This document shows positions 27,091-35,883 of a stretch of DNA of 64,000 bases, piece after piece. Under the pieces are notes generated by a model. It was given only the letters and a program-made list of their open reading frames with translations, searched no databases and had not been told where the DNA came from. Numbering within the stretch: position 1 is the stretch's first letter; the number at the start of each line of letters is the position of its first letter. Both the position numbers and the translations under genes were made by a program. The stretch comes from an uncultured Actinomycetota bacterium (lineage in GTDB: Bacteria > Actinomycetota > Actinomycetes > Propionibacteriales > Nocardioidaceae): positions 24,673 to 88,672 of the forward strand of contig CAVRSN010000012.1 in assembly GCA_963723875.1 (NCBI GenBank), in the 5' to 3' direction.

Positions 27091-27170
27091 CGCGGCGAGT
27101 CTAGTTGCGGCGCGGCAGTCAAGCGACTCGCCGGACGAGCGGACCTCCGATCTCCGCAGCCCGCGCAGGA

Positions 27171-27533
27171 TCAGTAGACCAGCGCCTGGACGTCCTCCTG
27201 GAGGATCTCCTCGGTGAACACCGCCGCACCGGCGATCCTCACGCCCGCGAGCACGTCGTCCGGGCCGATCTCCCGGCGGGCGGCGCACTGGGAGCAGACC
27301 GTGACCTGTCCGTCGGCGAGCACCGCGCCGAGCAGGTCGGCGAGCGGCGTCGCCAGCGGCAGCGTGAACTCCTCCGCCCGGCCGAGTGTGCCGAACCACG
27401 CGGCCTCACCGGTCAGCCACAGGGAGACCTCGGCGCCCGCGGCCAGCGCGGTAGCCGCCACGGTGAACCCCTGGTTGCAGCGCTCGGGGTCGTTGGCACC
27501 GCAGGTGACCTTGACGACGAGCGCTCTAGACAT
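27171..27533 (-). CDS. DsrE/DsrF-like sulfur-relay family protein
   Basis: 120 aa: MSRALVVKVTCGANDPERCNQGF...VTVCSQCAARR. This is the typical small DsrE-fold size with conserved Cys. Confidence 0.65.
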   Translation of the reverse strand: MSRALVVKVTCGANDPERCNQGFTVAATALAAGAEVSLWLTGEAAWFGTLGRAEEFTLPLATPLADLLGAVLADGQVTVCSQCAARREIGPDDVLAGVRIAGAAVFTEEILQEDVQALVY

Positions 27534-27555
27534 GCCGACAGCCTAGGCTGGACTA

Positions 27556-28050
27556 GTGCCGTTCGAGCTGCCCGACAACCTCCACCCCGACTGCGCGCCG
27601 GTGGCGTGGCTGCTGGGCACGTGGCAGGGCAACGGGCACCTGGACTACCCGACGATCGAGCCGCACCAGTTCGGGCAGGAGCTGATCTTCGCCCACGACG
27701 GCCGCCCGTTCTTCCACTACCTCTCCCGCGCCTGGATCGTCGACGAGGACGGAGAGAAGGTGCGCGACGCCGCGCTCGAGACCGGTTTCCTGCGCTGCCG
27801 GCCAGAGGGAAAGCTGGAGCTGCTGCTCGCTCACAACACCGGCTTCGTCGAGACCTGGTACGGCGAGGCGGAGCCGGCCAAGTTCGAGCTGGTGACCGAC
27901 GCCGTGGTCCGGACGGAGTCGGCCAAGGAGTACGTCGGTGGCAAGCGGCTCTACGGCCTGGTCGAGGGCGACCTCCTCTACGCGTACGACATGGCGGCCA
28001 TGGGAGAGCCGCTCCAGCCGCACACCTGGGCGAGGCTGCAGAGGCAGTGA
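27556..28050 (+). CDS. Nitrobindin / FABP-like (DUF1794) haem-binding beta-barrel protein
   Basis: VAWLLGTWQGNGHLDYPTIEPHQFGQELIFAHDGRPFFHY and a C-terminal LQPH, resembling mycobacterial nitrobindin. The start is GTG. Confidence 0.75.
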   Translation: MPFELPDNLHPDCAPVAWLLGTWQGNGHLDYPTIEPHQFGQELIFAHDGRPFFHYLSRAWIVDEDGEKVRDAALETGFLRCRPEGKLELLLAHNTGFVETWYGEAEPAKFELVTDAVVRTESAKEYVGGKRLYGLVEGDLLYAYDMAAMGEPLQPHTWARLQRQ

Positions 28051-28068
28051 CCACGCGATGCCCCCAAC

Positions 28069-28112
28069 GCCATGACCACGCCATGACCACGCCATGACCA
28101 CGCCATGACCAC
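28069..28112 (+). repeat. 11-bp tandem repeat (GCCATGACCAC x4) ending in the fur start codon
   Basis: Copies at 28069, 28080, 28091 and 28102. Each carries an ATG, at 28072, 28083, 28094 and 28105. Confidence 0.95.
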
Positions 28113-28536
28113 CGACTGGCGCGAGCGGCTCCGCGAGAAGGGCTACCGCCTGACTCCGCAGCGCGAGCTGATCCTCGGCGCCGTCGACACCCTCGGCCAC
28201 GCGACTCCGGACGAGGTGCTCGCGGAGGTCCACAAGAAGTCGTCAGCGATCAACGTCTCCACCGTCTACCGCACCCTCGAGGTGCTCGAGGAGCTCGGTC
28301 TGGTGCGGCACGCCCACCTCAGCGACCGCGCTCCGACGTACCACTCGGTCCGGGATCACGAGCACTTCCACCTGGTCTGCCGGAATTGCCAGAAGGTGAT
28401 CTCGGTTGGACCTGATGTGCTCGACCCGTTGCTCGCGCGCTTGCGCGACGAGTTCGACTTCGAGGCGGACATCGGACACCTCACCGTCTTCGGACGCTGC
28501 CACGACTGTCCGCCCGACGTGCAAGGAGACTCATGA
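28105..28536 (+). CDS. Fur-family transcriptional regulator
   Basis: Winged-helix N-terminal region (LTPQRELILGAV...STVYRTLEVLEELGLV), HFHLVCRNC and a C-terminal CHDC. Confidence 0.85.
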   Translation: MTTDWRERLREKGYRLTPQRELILGAVDTLGHATPDEVLAEVHKKSSAINVSTVYRTLEVLEELGLVRHAHLSDRAPTYHSVRDHEHFHLVCRNCQKVISVGPDVLDPLLARLRDEFDFEADIGHLTVFGRCHDCPPDVQGDS

Positions 28537-29489
28537 CCAGCCCGCTGCCCAGCGACCTGTTGAGCCTGCCAGGGGCAGTTGCCGGCGACGGCAACGACGC
28601 TCCGGTTGCCGCGCACTACGGCTCGTTCAACGTCGAGCAGCGCGCCCTCGAGAACGGCGACGGCTTCGTGGACCTCTCGCACCGTGACGTCGTGCGGATC
28701 GAGGGTCCCGACCGGCTGACCTGGCTGCACTCGCTCACCACCCAGCACCTCGAGTCACTGGCCCCCGGCGTCACCCTGCCCGGGCTGGTGCTCGACCCGC
28801 AGGGCCACGTCGAGCACGCGTTCGTCGGCGCCGACGACGGCACCGCGTTCACGCTGCACACCGAGCCCGGCCGGGCCGCGGCCCTCGTGGAGTTCCTCGA
28901 GCGGATGAAGTTCATGATGCGCGCGGAGCTCACCGACGTGACCTCGTCCCACGCCGTGACCTGGCGGCCGGGGCGGGGGGAGGCCTATGACCGTTACGAG
29001 CTGGTGCCCCGCGACCAGCTGGCGTCATACGCCCAGGCGGCCGGTCCGGCCGCCGGCATGTGGGCGTTCGAGGCGCTGCGGATCGCCCGGGGGGAGCCCC
29101 GGTTCGGTGTCGACACCGACGCGCGCACGATCCCCAACGAGGTCGGCTGGATCGGCTCGGCGGTGCACATGGACAAGGGCTGCTACCGCGGCCAGGAGAC
29201 CGTCGCCCGGGTGCACACCCTCGGCCGGCCGCCGCGGCGGCTGACCCTGTTGCACCTGGACGGAAGCGAGAACCGGCTGCCCCCTGTTGGCGCCGACCTG
29301 CTGCTCGGCGAGAAGTCGGTCGGCTTCGTCGGCTCGTCGGCCCGCCACCACGAGCTGGGCCCGATCGCGCTGGCGCTGGTGAAGCGCAACGTCGACCTCG
29401 GCGCCGAGCTCTTGGTGGACGGCATGCCGGCCGCGCAGGAGGTCGTGGTCGACCCGGAGGTCGGGCTGCACGTCCGGCCGCTGCGCTGA
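28533..29489 (+). CDS. ygfZ: YgfZ/GcvT-like folate-binding protein
   Basis: The signature KGCYRGQETVAR is present. The ATG overlaps the fur stop (ATGA). Confidence 0.85.
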   Translation: MTSPLPSDLLSLPGAVAGDGNDAPVAAHYGSFNVEQRALENGDGFVDLSHRDVVRIEGPDRLTWLHSLTTQHLESLAPGVTLPGLVLDPQGHVEHAFVGADDGTAFTLHTEPGRAAALVEFLERMKFMMRAELTDVTSSHAVTWRPGRGEAYDRYELVPRDQLASYAQAAGPAAGMWAFEALRIARGEPRFGVDTDARTIPNEVGWIGSAVHMDKGCYRGQETVARVHTLGRPPRRLTLLHLDGSENRLPPVGADLLLGEKSVGFVGSSARHHELGPIALALVKRNVDLGAELLVDGMPAAQEVVVDPEVGLHVRPLR

Positions 29490-29514
29490 CTGTCGTTTGT
29501 TCGACGGGAAAAAC

Positions 29515-31191
29515 TCAACCGCCGAGCTTTGGCCGCCAGGGCGTGAGCGCCTCGACGAACGGCTCCGGGTCGACGAGCCGGGCGTTGATCTCGTACGGCG
29601 CCATGCCCTTGCGGAGGAACAGCACCTTCCAGCGCCGCTCGCCCGGCCGCCCGACCATCTCAACCTTGGTGTTCGGCGTGGTCAGGTCGAAGCGGCGGTG
29701 GCCGTCGCCCTCGTCGACGTGCAGGACGCCGTGCTCGAGCCAGACCTGGCCCGCCGAGCCCTTGGACCTGCCGACGACGATCACCAGGAGCAGGGCGACC
29801 GCGCTGGCGGCGATGCCCGGCGTGGTCGTGAGCTTGTCGAGGTAGGCCTGGTAGACCGCGATGCCGGCGGCCACGAGGGCGCCGACGCCGAGCAGGACGG
29901 TGATGACTGCCGAGCTGCTGGGGGAGCGGAACTCCACGAGCTCGGGAACGCCCTCGGGCTGGATCTTCGGCTCGGGCGGCCGGGAGGCCGGCGTCGCTCG
30001 CGGCACAGTGGCCGGAGCGGCTGCCGCGGCCGGAGCGGCTGCCGGAGCGGTTGTCGGAGCGGTTGTCGGAGCGGCTGTCGGAGCGGCTGTCGGGGCGGCG
30101 ACCGGCGGCGGGGCGGCGGCGCGCGCCTGCTCGGCGGCGAGTGTGGCCCTGGTCTGCTCGAGCAGTGCGGCCCGGGCCTCCTCGAGCGACGCGGCGAGCT
30201 GCTGGGCGCGAGCTTCGGCGGCGGAGCGATCGGCGAGCGCCCGCTCGGCAGCCTCGGCCTGGACTCGGGCGTTCGCCTCGGCGGCCTCCCGCTCGAGGCT
30301 GGCGCGGAGTGCGGCCTCCTCGGCCTGGGCCCGGGCCAGGTGCGCGGCCTCAGCGGCCTGCTCGACCAGGAGCCGCTCGGCGTTCGCGGCGGCCATCTGC
30401 TCGACGGTCTCGGAGGCGAGCTGCTCGGCGACGGTACGGCGCTGCGCCTCGGTGCGGGCCTGGGCGGCCTGCTCGCGGGCGGCCTGCTCGGCGACCTCTC
30501 GGCCCCTGGCGGCCTGCGTCGCTGCGGCCTCCGCCCGGGCGGTCTGCTCGGCATGCACCGCGGCGGCGCGCTCGGCGAGCTCGCGGGCGGCGTGCGCCGA
30601 CTCCGCTGCCTCGGTCATCTCCTTGGTCGCCCGTTCGAGCTCGCGGCGTACCTTCCGCGGCAGCTTCAGCTCCTGCGCGCGATCGATGACGGCGGAGGCG
30701 GTGCCCACGTCGACGATGGGTCGGGCCGGAGCCGGCGAGTAGTAGCCGGTCTTGCGGCGCAAGAGTCCGCGACGCACCTGCGGCAGCTCGTCGGGGTCGG
30801 TCATGCCGGTCGCGATCGCCTGGGCGATCACCCGTTCGGTGGCGGCGGTCGCGGCTGCTTCGGCGGCGACCCGCTGCGCCTCGAGCGCGGCGAGCTCCTC
30901 GGCGCTGGGGGTGGGTTCACTCCACTGATGGAGCCCGATGACGACGTGGTCCTCCTGGGGCTCCTCCTCGATCTCGGCGGTCTCGGCGCTCACCGGCTCC
31001 CGTTCACCAGTGCGGTCACGCGAGGTCTCGGCCGAGCGGCGTACCAGCTCTTCGGCCTGGTTCTCGTCCATGTCGCCGAGCTCGGCGGCGGCGTCACTTC
31101 GGCGCCAGCGGCGCAGCCGCGACCCAGCAGCGGACGGCCCACCCGAGGACTGGGTCGGCGTCCGCTCCGCGTCTGGGGTCGCCGAGCTCAT
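29515..31191 (-). CDS. Coiled-coil membrane protein with an (A/T)APT repeat linker, two TM helices and a small C-terminal domain
   Basis: Start MSSATPDAER. Ala/Glu/Arg coiled-coil region (AAESAHAARELAERAAAVHAEQTARAEAAATQAARG...). Linker VAAPTAAPTAAPTTAPTTAPAAAP. TM helices AVITVLLGVGALVAAGIAVY and IAASAVALLLVIVVG. C-terminal region VWLEHGVLHVDEGDGHRRFDL. Confidence 0.65.
   Translation of the reverse strand: MSSATPDAERTPTQSSGGPSAAGSRLRRWRRSDAAAELGDMDENQAEELVRRSAETSRDRTGEREPVSAETAEIEEEPQEDHVVIGLHQWSEPTPSAEELAALEAQRVAAEAAATAATERVIAQAIATGMTDPDELPQVRRGLLRRKTGYYSPAPARPIVDVGTASAVIDRAQELKLPRKVRRELERATKEMTEAAESAHAARELAERAAAVHAEQTARAEAAATQAARGREVAEQAAREQAAQARTEAQRRTVAEQLASETVEQMAAANAERLLVEQAAEAAHLARAQAEEAALRASLEREAAEANARVQAEAAERALADRSAAEARAQQLAASLEEARAALLEQTRATLAAEQARAAAPPPVAAPTAAPTAAPTTAPTTAPAAAPAAAAAPATVPRATPASRPPEPKIQPEGVPELVEFRSPSSSAVITVLLGVGALVAAGIAVYQAYLDKLTTTPGIAASAVALLLVIVVGRSKGSAGQVWLEHGVLHVDEGDGHRRFDLTTPNTKVEMVGRPGERRWKVLFLRKGMAPYEINARLVDPEPFVEALTPWRPKLGG
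30030..30101. repeat. 12-bp tandem repeat (6 units) inside the coiled-coil membrane gene
   Basis: The (C/T)CGGAGCGG(C/T)TG units encode the (A/T)APT linker. Confidence 0.85.
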
Positions 31192-31247
31192 CACATCGAG
31201 ACTAACGACCCGGTGGCGCAGGGGTGACGAGATCCGGCGAAGGCGGG

Positions 31248-32099
31248 TCAAGGCCGGCGGTACTGCGCGTGGGTGTCCGCCGGGGCGTGGGTGAAGCCCA
31301 GTCCCTCGTAGACGTGCACGGCCGGGGAGTTGTCGGACTCGACGTACAGCAGGACCTCGCCGACCCCGAGGTCGTGCAGGTGCCGCAGCCCAGCCAAGGT
31401 CAGCACCCGGCCCAGCCCCTGCCCCTGCGCGGCCGGGTCGATGGCCACGACGTACACCTCTCCGAGATCGGCACTGTGCTGCTTGGTCCAGTGGAACCCG
31501 CGCAGCTCGCCACCGGCGTCGGCAACCAGCAGCCCGGCCGGGTCGTACCACTCCTCGGCCATCCGCGCCGCCAGGCCCTCGGCGTCCAGCGAGCCCTGCT
31601 CGGGGTGGTGCGCGAACGCTGCCGCGTTGACTCGCAGCACCTCGTCGCGGTCCTCGTCGCGGTAGCCGCGCACCGTGACGCCGTCGGGTACGACGAGCGC
31701 GGGCAGTGGCTCGTCGGCCCGTCGCCGCATCACCCACAGCTCGCGGGTCCGGCGCAGCCCGTGCCGCGCGGCCAGGACCGCTGCCGCGGGATGGTCGTTG
31801 TGCGACCACGCGGTCACCGCGTCGTCGCCGGCCAGCGCCGCGGCGGCGAGCTCGCTGCCAAGGCCGCGGCCCCGAGCCCCGGGGGTGACCGCGAGGTCGA
31901 CCGCCCCGTCGTGGGCGAGAGCGAACCCGTCCTCGCCGGCCAGCCAGAGGGTGCTGCCGACCAGCCCGTGGTGCTTCACGCTCAGCTGGGCGGCCTCGTC
32001 GAGGACGTCCTGCTCGCCCGCCTCGCGGCCGGCCGCGCGCACCTTCTCGAGGACGTCACGCCACCCGTCGTCAGCGCTGCCGTCGACCCGGGTGACCAT
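31248..32099 (-). CDS. mshD: Mycothiol synthase (tandem-GNAT acetyltransferase)
   Basis: FHWTKQHSADLGEVYVVAIDPAAQGQGLG...LLYVESDNSPAVHVYEGLGF is the MshD pattern. The gene sits next to glnR, as in mycobacteria. The start is ATG 32099 (TTG 32105 is possible). Confidence 0.85.
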   Translation of the reverse strand: MVTRVDGSADDGWRDVLEKVRAAGREAGEQDVLDEAAQLSVKHHGLVGSTLWLAGEDGFALAHDGAVDLAVTPGARGRGLGSELAAAALAGDDAVTAWSHNDHPAAAVLAARHGLRRTRELWVMRRRADEPLPALVVPDGVTVRGYRDEDRDEVLRVNAAAFAHHPEQGSLDAEGLAARMAEEWYDPAGLLVADAGGELRGFHWTKQHSADLGEVYVVAIDPAAQGQGLGRVLTLAGLRHLHDLGVGEVLLYVESDNSPAVHVYEGLGFTHAPADTHAQYRRP

Positions 32100-32117
32100 C
32101 CTCAAAACACTAGAGGT

Positions 32118-32870
32118 CTAGGCGGTGGTCTGCTCCGACGGCTCGGTGGCCTCGGCGGAGTCGCGGGCCTCCTTGGCGCCGGCAGGCTCCTTGGCCGGGA
32201 TGACGAACCGGTAGCCGACGTTGCGCACGGTCCCGATCAGGGTCTCGTTGTCGGGGCCGAGCTTGGCGCGCAGCCGGCGTACGTGCACGTCGACGGTGCG
32301 GGTGCCGCCGAAGTAGTCGTAGCCCCACACCTCCTGGAGCAGCTGCTGGCGGCTGAACACCCGGCCCGGGTGCTGGGCGAGGAACTTCAGCAGCTCGAAC
32401 TCCTTGAAGGTGAGGTCGAGGTGACGCTTGCCGATCTTCGCGGTGTACGTCGCGTCGTCGACGATCACCTCGCCGGAGCGGATCACGTGCGCTTCCGGGT
32501 CGGCCGCCTCGCGCTGGGCCGACAGCCGGCCGATGGCGAGCTTGATCCGGGCTTCGAGCTCGGCCGGGCCGCAGGTGTGCAGCAGCACGTCGTCCATGCC
32601 CCAGTCGTGGTTGACGACGGACAGGCCGCCCTCGGTGACGACGAGCAGGACCGGTACGTCGGCGCCGGTCGTGCGGATCAGCCGGCACAGGTCACGGGCG
32701 TGGGCGAGGTCCTGGCGTCCGTCGACGAGCACGAGGTCGGAGTCGGGGGCCTCGAGCAGCGCGCTTCCCTCAGCGGGCAGGATCTTCACCTGGTGGCCGA
32801 GCAGGGCCAGTCCGGGCAGCACCTCGACAGAGGGCTGGAGCGCGTTGGTCAGCAGCAACAAGGTGCTCAC
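32118..32870 (-). CDS. glnR: Orphan OmpR-family response regulator GlnR (global nitrogen regulator)
   Basis: [35 protein letters not shown]...VVTEGGL...[55 protein letters not shown] is very close to my recollection of Streptomyces and Mycobacterium GlnR. The GTG start follows GGGAGGGGA. Confidence 0.85.
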   Translation of the reverse strand: MSTLLLLTNALQPSVEVLPGLALLGHQVKILPAEGSALLEAPDSDLVLVDGRQDLAHARDLCRLIRTTGADVPVLLVVTEGGLSVVNHDWGMDDVLLHTCGPAELEARIKLAIGRLSAQREAADPEAHVIRSGEVIVDDATYTAKIGKRHLDLTFKEFELLKFLAQHPGRVFSRQQLLQEVWGYDYFGGTRTVDVHVRRLRAKLGPDNETLIGTVRNVGYRFVIPAKEPAGAKEARDSAEATEPSEQTTA

Positions 32871-32973
32871 TGGGTCCCCTCCCGGTAGTGGGGGTCGGAC
32901 CGAGGCACAGCACTGGGCTCCGGTTGTCGGACAAGTGTAGGAAACTCGACGGACACATTGGAGGAACCCATCC

Positions 32974-33249
32974 GTGGCTGAGACGAACGTCATCCGAGTT
33001 CGTTACTGGGCCGCCGCGAAAGCCGCTGCCGGGACCGACGCGGATGACGTGCCGGTGAACGGCCCGACCACGCTGGCCGAGCTGCGGGCCGGGGCCGCCG
33101 CCCTGCACCCCGGAACCCGCCTGGCCGAGGTTCTCACCGCCTGCTCCACGCTGGTCGGCGACCAGCCGGTCGGCACGGCCGACCCCGCGACCTACCTCAT
33201 CGAACCCGGCTCCTCGGTGGAGTTCCTGCCGCCGTTCGCGGGCGGCTGA
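32974..33249 (+). CDS. MoaD/ThiS-family sulfur-carrier protein
   Basis: 91 aa of beta-grasp size, ending in ...FLPPFAGG (C-terminal Gly-Gly). Confidence 0.7.
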   Translation: MAETNVIRVRYWAAAKAAAGTDADDVPVNGPTTLAELRAGAAALHPGTRLAEVLTACSTLVGDQPVGTADPATYLIEPGSSVEFLPPFAGG

Positions 33250-33373
33250 CCCGGTCGATCGAGCGCACGTCGGCCGCGATGAGGCCACGGTGTCGCGATT
33301 TTGACCCGTGTCCGGCCGGGGTCTGCAACCGTTGTGACCCTGACGCACGACACCCGCGAGGGAGGTTGAGAAC

Positions 33374-34855
33374 GTGACGGTCCAGGTGGCCGGTGGCGAG
33401 CAGCTGTGGCAGCTGACCGTCGAGCACTCCCCGGTGGGCACCACGCTGGTGGCCCCTGACGGGCGGCTGCTGAGCGCCAACCAGGCGCTGTGCGACATGC
33501 TCGGCTACACCGAGCGGGAGATCCAGACGCTGACCTTCCAGCAGATCACCCACCCCGACGACCTGGCCGAGGACCTGGCCCTGGTGAAGGAGACCCTCGC
33601 GGGCCGGCGGTCGTCGTACCGGTTGCGCAAGCGGTACATGCATGCCGACGGGCACGTGGTCCACGGCGATCTGTCGGTGGCCCTGCTCCGCGAGCCGGAC
33701 GGGACTCCGATCCACTTCATCTCGCAGATCCTGGACGTCACCGAGGCGCACGAGTACGCCGAGCGGCTGGCCGAGACGTCACGGGCCCTCGACCGGCAGC
33801 GGCGCCACCTCGAGGCCATCCTCGACTCGGTCGACATCGGGGTCGCTGTCCTCGACCCCGACAGCGGCTACGTCGTGGTGAACCGCCGCCACCAGCAGTT
33901 CATCGAGCTGGCCCACCCTGACGGCACCGAGGACATGGCCGGCCGGCCCGGTGACATCTTCTTCGAGGACGGGCGGCGGCTCGAGGCGCACGAGCTGCCG
34001 TCGACCCGCGCCCGGGCCGGCGAGGAGTTCGACGACCTGATCATCCGGGTCGGGACAGACCCGGTCACCCAGCGCGCGCTCTCGGTGTCGGCCCGGTCGG
34101 TCCGCGGCGACGGTGGGGAGTTCTCGGCCGCTGTACTCGCCTACGCCGACGTCACCGAGCTGGTGCGGGCGCTGACCGCCAAGGACCACTTCGTGGCGGC
34201 GGTGTCCCACGAGCTCCGGACGCCGCTCACGTCGGTGCTCGGCCACCTCGAGCTGCTGACTGAGCTGCCAGACCTGTCCGACGAGGTGACCGACCGGGTC
34301 CGGGTCGTGCAGCGCAACGCCGTACGGCTGCGCGAGCTCGTCGCCGACCTCCTGCTCGTCGCCCAGATGACCGACGGCCACCTGGCGCTCAACCGAATGC
34401 CGGTCGACCTCGCGGAGCTGGTGGTCGAGGCTGCCGACGCGATCCAGCCTGCCGTCGAGTGCGCCGGGGTCTCGCTGGACGTCGACGTGCCCGACAGCCC
34501 CCTGGTCGCCAAGGTCGACGGGCCTCGGCTGCGGCAGGTGATCGACAACCTGCTGGGCAACGCGGTGAAGTACACCGAACCGGGCGGGTCGATCTCGGTC
34601 CGGCTGCGGCAGCACGAGGCGGTGGTCGAGCTCGCAGTCACGGACACCGGAATCGGCGTGGCCCCCGACGAGGTCGGGAGGCTGTTTCGCCGGTTCTTCC
34701 GCGGGACGCAGGCCAAGCAGCGGCGCATCCCCGGCGCCGGCCTCGGCCTGAGCATCGTCCGCGCCATCGTCGAAGCGCACGGCGGGCTGGTCACGGTCCA
34801 CAGCAACTCTGGGGAGGGCAGCATCTTCCGCGTCGAGCTGCCCGTCACCCCCTGA
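33374..34855 (+). CDS. PAS-domain sensor histidine kinase
   Basis: PAS region (LSANQALCDMLGYTEREI...), H-box HELRTPLTSVLGHLELL, N box LGNAVKYT, G boxes DTGIGV and GAGLGLSIV. Confidence 0.85.
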   Translation: MTVQVAGGEQLWQLTVEHSPVGTTLVAPDGRLLSANQALCDMLGYTEREIQTLTFQQITHPDDLAEDLALVKETLAGRRSSYRLRKRYMHADGHVVHGDLSVALLREPDGTPIHFISQILDVTEAHEYAERLAETSRALDRQRRHLEAILDSVDIGVAVLDPDSGYVVVNRRHQQFIELAHPDGTEDMAGRPGDIFFEDGRRLEAHELPSTRARAGEEFDDLIIRVGTDPVTQRALSVSARSVRGDGGEFSAAVLAYADVTELVRALTAKDHFVAAVSHELRTPLTSVLGHLELLTELPDLSDEVTDRVRVVQRNAVRLRELVADLLLVAQMTDGHLALNRMPVDLAELVVEAADAIQPAVECAGVSLDVDVPDSPLVAKVDGPRLRQVIDNLLGNAVKYTEPGGSISVRLRQHEAVVELAVTDTGIGVAPDEVGRLFRRFFRGTQAKQRRIPGAGLGLSIVRAIVEAHGGLVTVHSNSGEGSIFRVELPVTP

Positions 34856-34935
34856 CCCCCTGACCACGCCGACCCCTCAGAAGTTGGCGCGTAGAGCGGC
34901 GTACGCACTAGGACGGACACTAGGCTCCGGCCACC

Positions 34936-35766
34936 ATGAGCGAGGACTACGAGCCGGCGGCCCACTACGACCGGGTGACCGCGGCCTGGGGGATGCTGCT
35001 CGGGCACGAGCTGCACTACGGGTACTTCGCGACGGGCGAAGAGGACCTGCCTACGGCGACCGCGGCCCTGACCTCACAGATGATCGACAACGCCCGGTTC
35101 GAGGCGGGCCAGCGGGTGCTCGACGTCGGCTGTGGCACCGGCGCACCGGCCTGCCGGCTCGCGGTGGAGTTCGGCGTCGAGGTGCTCGGTATCACCACGA
35201 GTGAGGTCGGTGCCGCGGCGGCGATCGACCGGGCCCGCCAGGCCGAGCTGCCCGGCGTCACCTTCGAGGTGCGCGACGGGACCGACAACCAGCTGCCCGA
35301 CGCCAGCTTCGACCGGGTCTGGGTGATGGAGTCCTCGCACCTGATGCCGGAGCGGCAGCGGCTGCTCTCGGAGTGCGCGCGGGTGCTGCGCCCCGGTGGC
35401 CGGCTGGTGCTGTGCGATCTCGTACGGCGCCGGGAGATCCCGTTCCTCGAGCTGCGGCAGCGCACCGAGGAGTTCGCGGTGCTGCGCGCCGCGTTCGGTG
35501 CGGCGCGGATGGACCCGCTGGCGGACTACGCGGCGTACGCCGAGGCCGCCGGGCTGACCGACGTCGAGACCGAGGACGTCACGACGCGGACCCGGCCCAC
35601 CTTCGACCGCTGGCAGGACAACGTCGCCGCGCACCGCGACGAGGTGACCGCCATCCTCGGTGCCGAGAGCGTTGAGCAGTTCGACCGCTCGTGCGACATC
35701 CTGCGGGCCCTCTGGGACGACGGGACCCTGGGCTACGGGCTGGTCACGGCGACACGTCGGAGCTGA
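34936..35766 (+). CDS. Class I SAM-dependent methyltransferase
   Basis: Motif I VLDVGCGTGAP, then LRPGGRLVLCDL. Layout is like the gamma-tocopherol/sarcosine methyltransferases. Confidence 0.8.
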   Translation: MSEDYEPAAHYDRVTAAWGMLLGHELHYGYFATGEEDLPTATAALTSQMIDNARFEAGQRVLDVGCGTGAPACRLAVEFGVEVLGITTSEVGAAAAIDRARQAELPGVTFEVRDGTDNQLPDASFDRVWVMESSHLMPERQRLLSECARVLRPGGRLVLCDLVRRREIPFLELRQRTEEFAVLRAAFGAARMDPLADYAAYAEAAGLTDVETEDVTTRTRPTFDRWQDNVAAHRDEVTAILGAESVEQFDRSCDILRALWDDGTLGYGLVTATRRS

Positions 35767-35775
35767 CGGCATGGG

Positions 35776-35830
35776 GAGTTTCATCGGCTGGCCGATGAAA
35801 CTCTCGGTGGGACGATGAAACTTCGTCGTC
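35776..35830. terminator. Two adjacent hairpins built on a GATGAAAC motif (convergent intergenic region)
   Basis: GAGTTTCATCGGC-tg-GCCGATGAAACTC (35776..35803) and GACGATGAA-ac-TTCGTCGTC (35811..35830). A third motif copy, CCGATGAATCTC, lies near 35853. Confidence 0.6.
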
Positions 35831-35883
35831 CAGGCAAGAGCTTTGTCGGCCAGCCGATGAATCTCTCGAAATCGAGGCCACCG

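Noticed and set aside
22053-27399. Multiple long ORFs overlapping the coiled-coil gene in all frames (for example 23210..25495+, 23721..26087+, 24601..27177+, 22053..24476-, 24888..26258-), plus the 5' extension of the track ORF to 27399
   Set aside because: They are Ser/Ala/Cys-, Arg/Pro- or Leu/Gly-rich mirror images of the GCC/GAG/GCG codon periodicity. Only the minus frame from ATG 27090 gives a protein-like N-terminus and coiled-coil composition. I cannot exclude expression of an overlapping frame without data.
27549-27560. The recurrent (G)GACTAGT(G/C)C motif at 4022, 6344, 27551, 55159 and 61730, considered as a possible common operator
   Set aside because: Two of the five occurrences belong to the paralogous upstream regions already reported. 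The others sit in short intergenic spots where CTAG/TAG-containing words are simply tolerated. At 27556 the GTG of the motif is a start codon. Five loosely matching sites are too few to call a regulon without a genome-wide count.
32871-32973. A GlnR box (gTnAc-n6-GaAAc) in the glnR/moaD-like divergent region, around GTGTAGGAAAC
   Set aside because: Only a GAAAC half-site is present, and no correctly spaced GTnAC partner could be found by eye.
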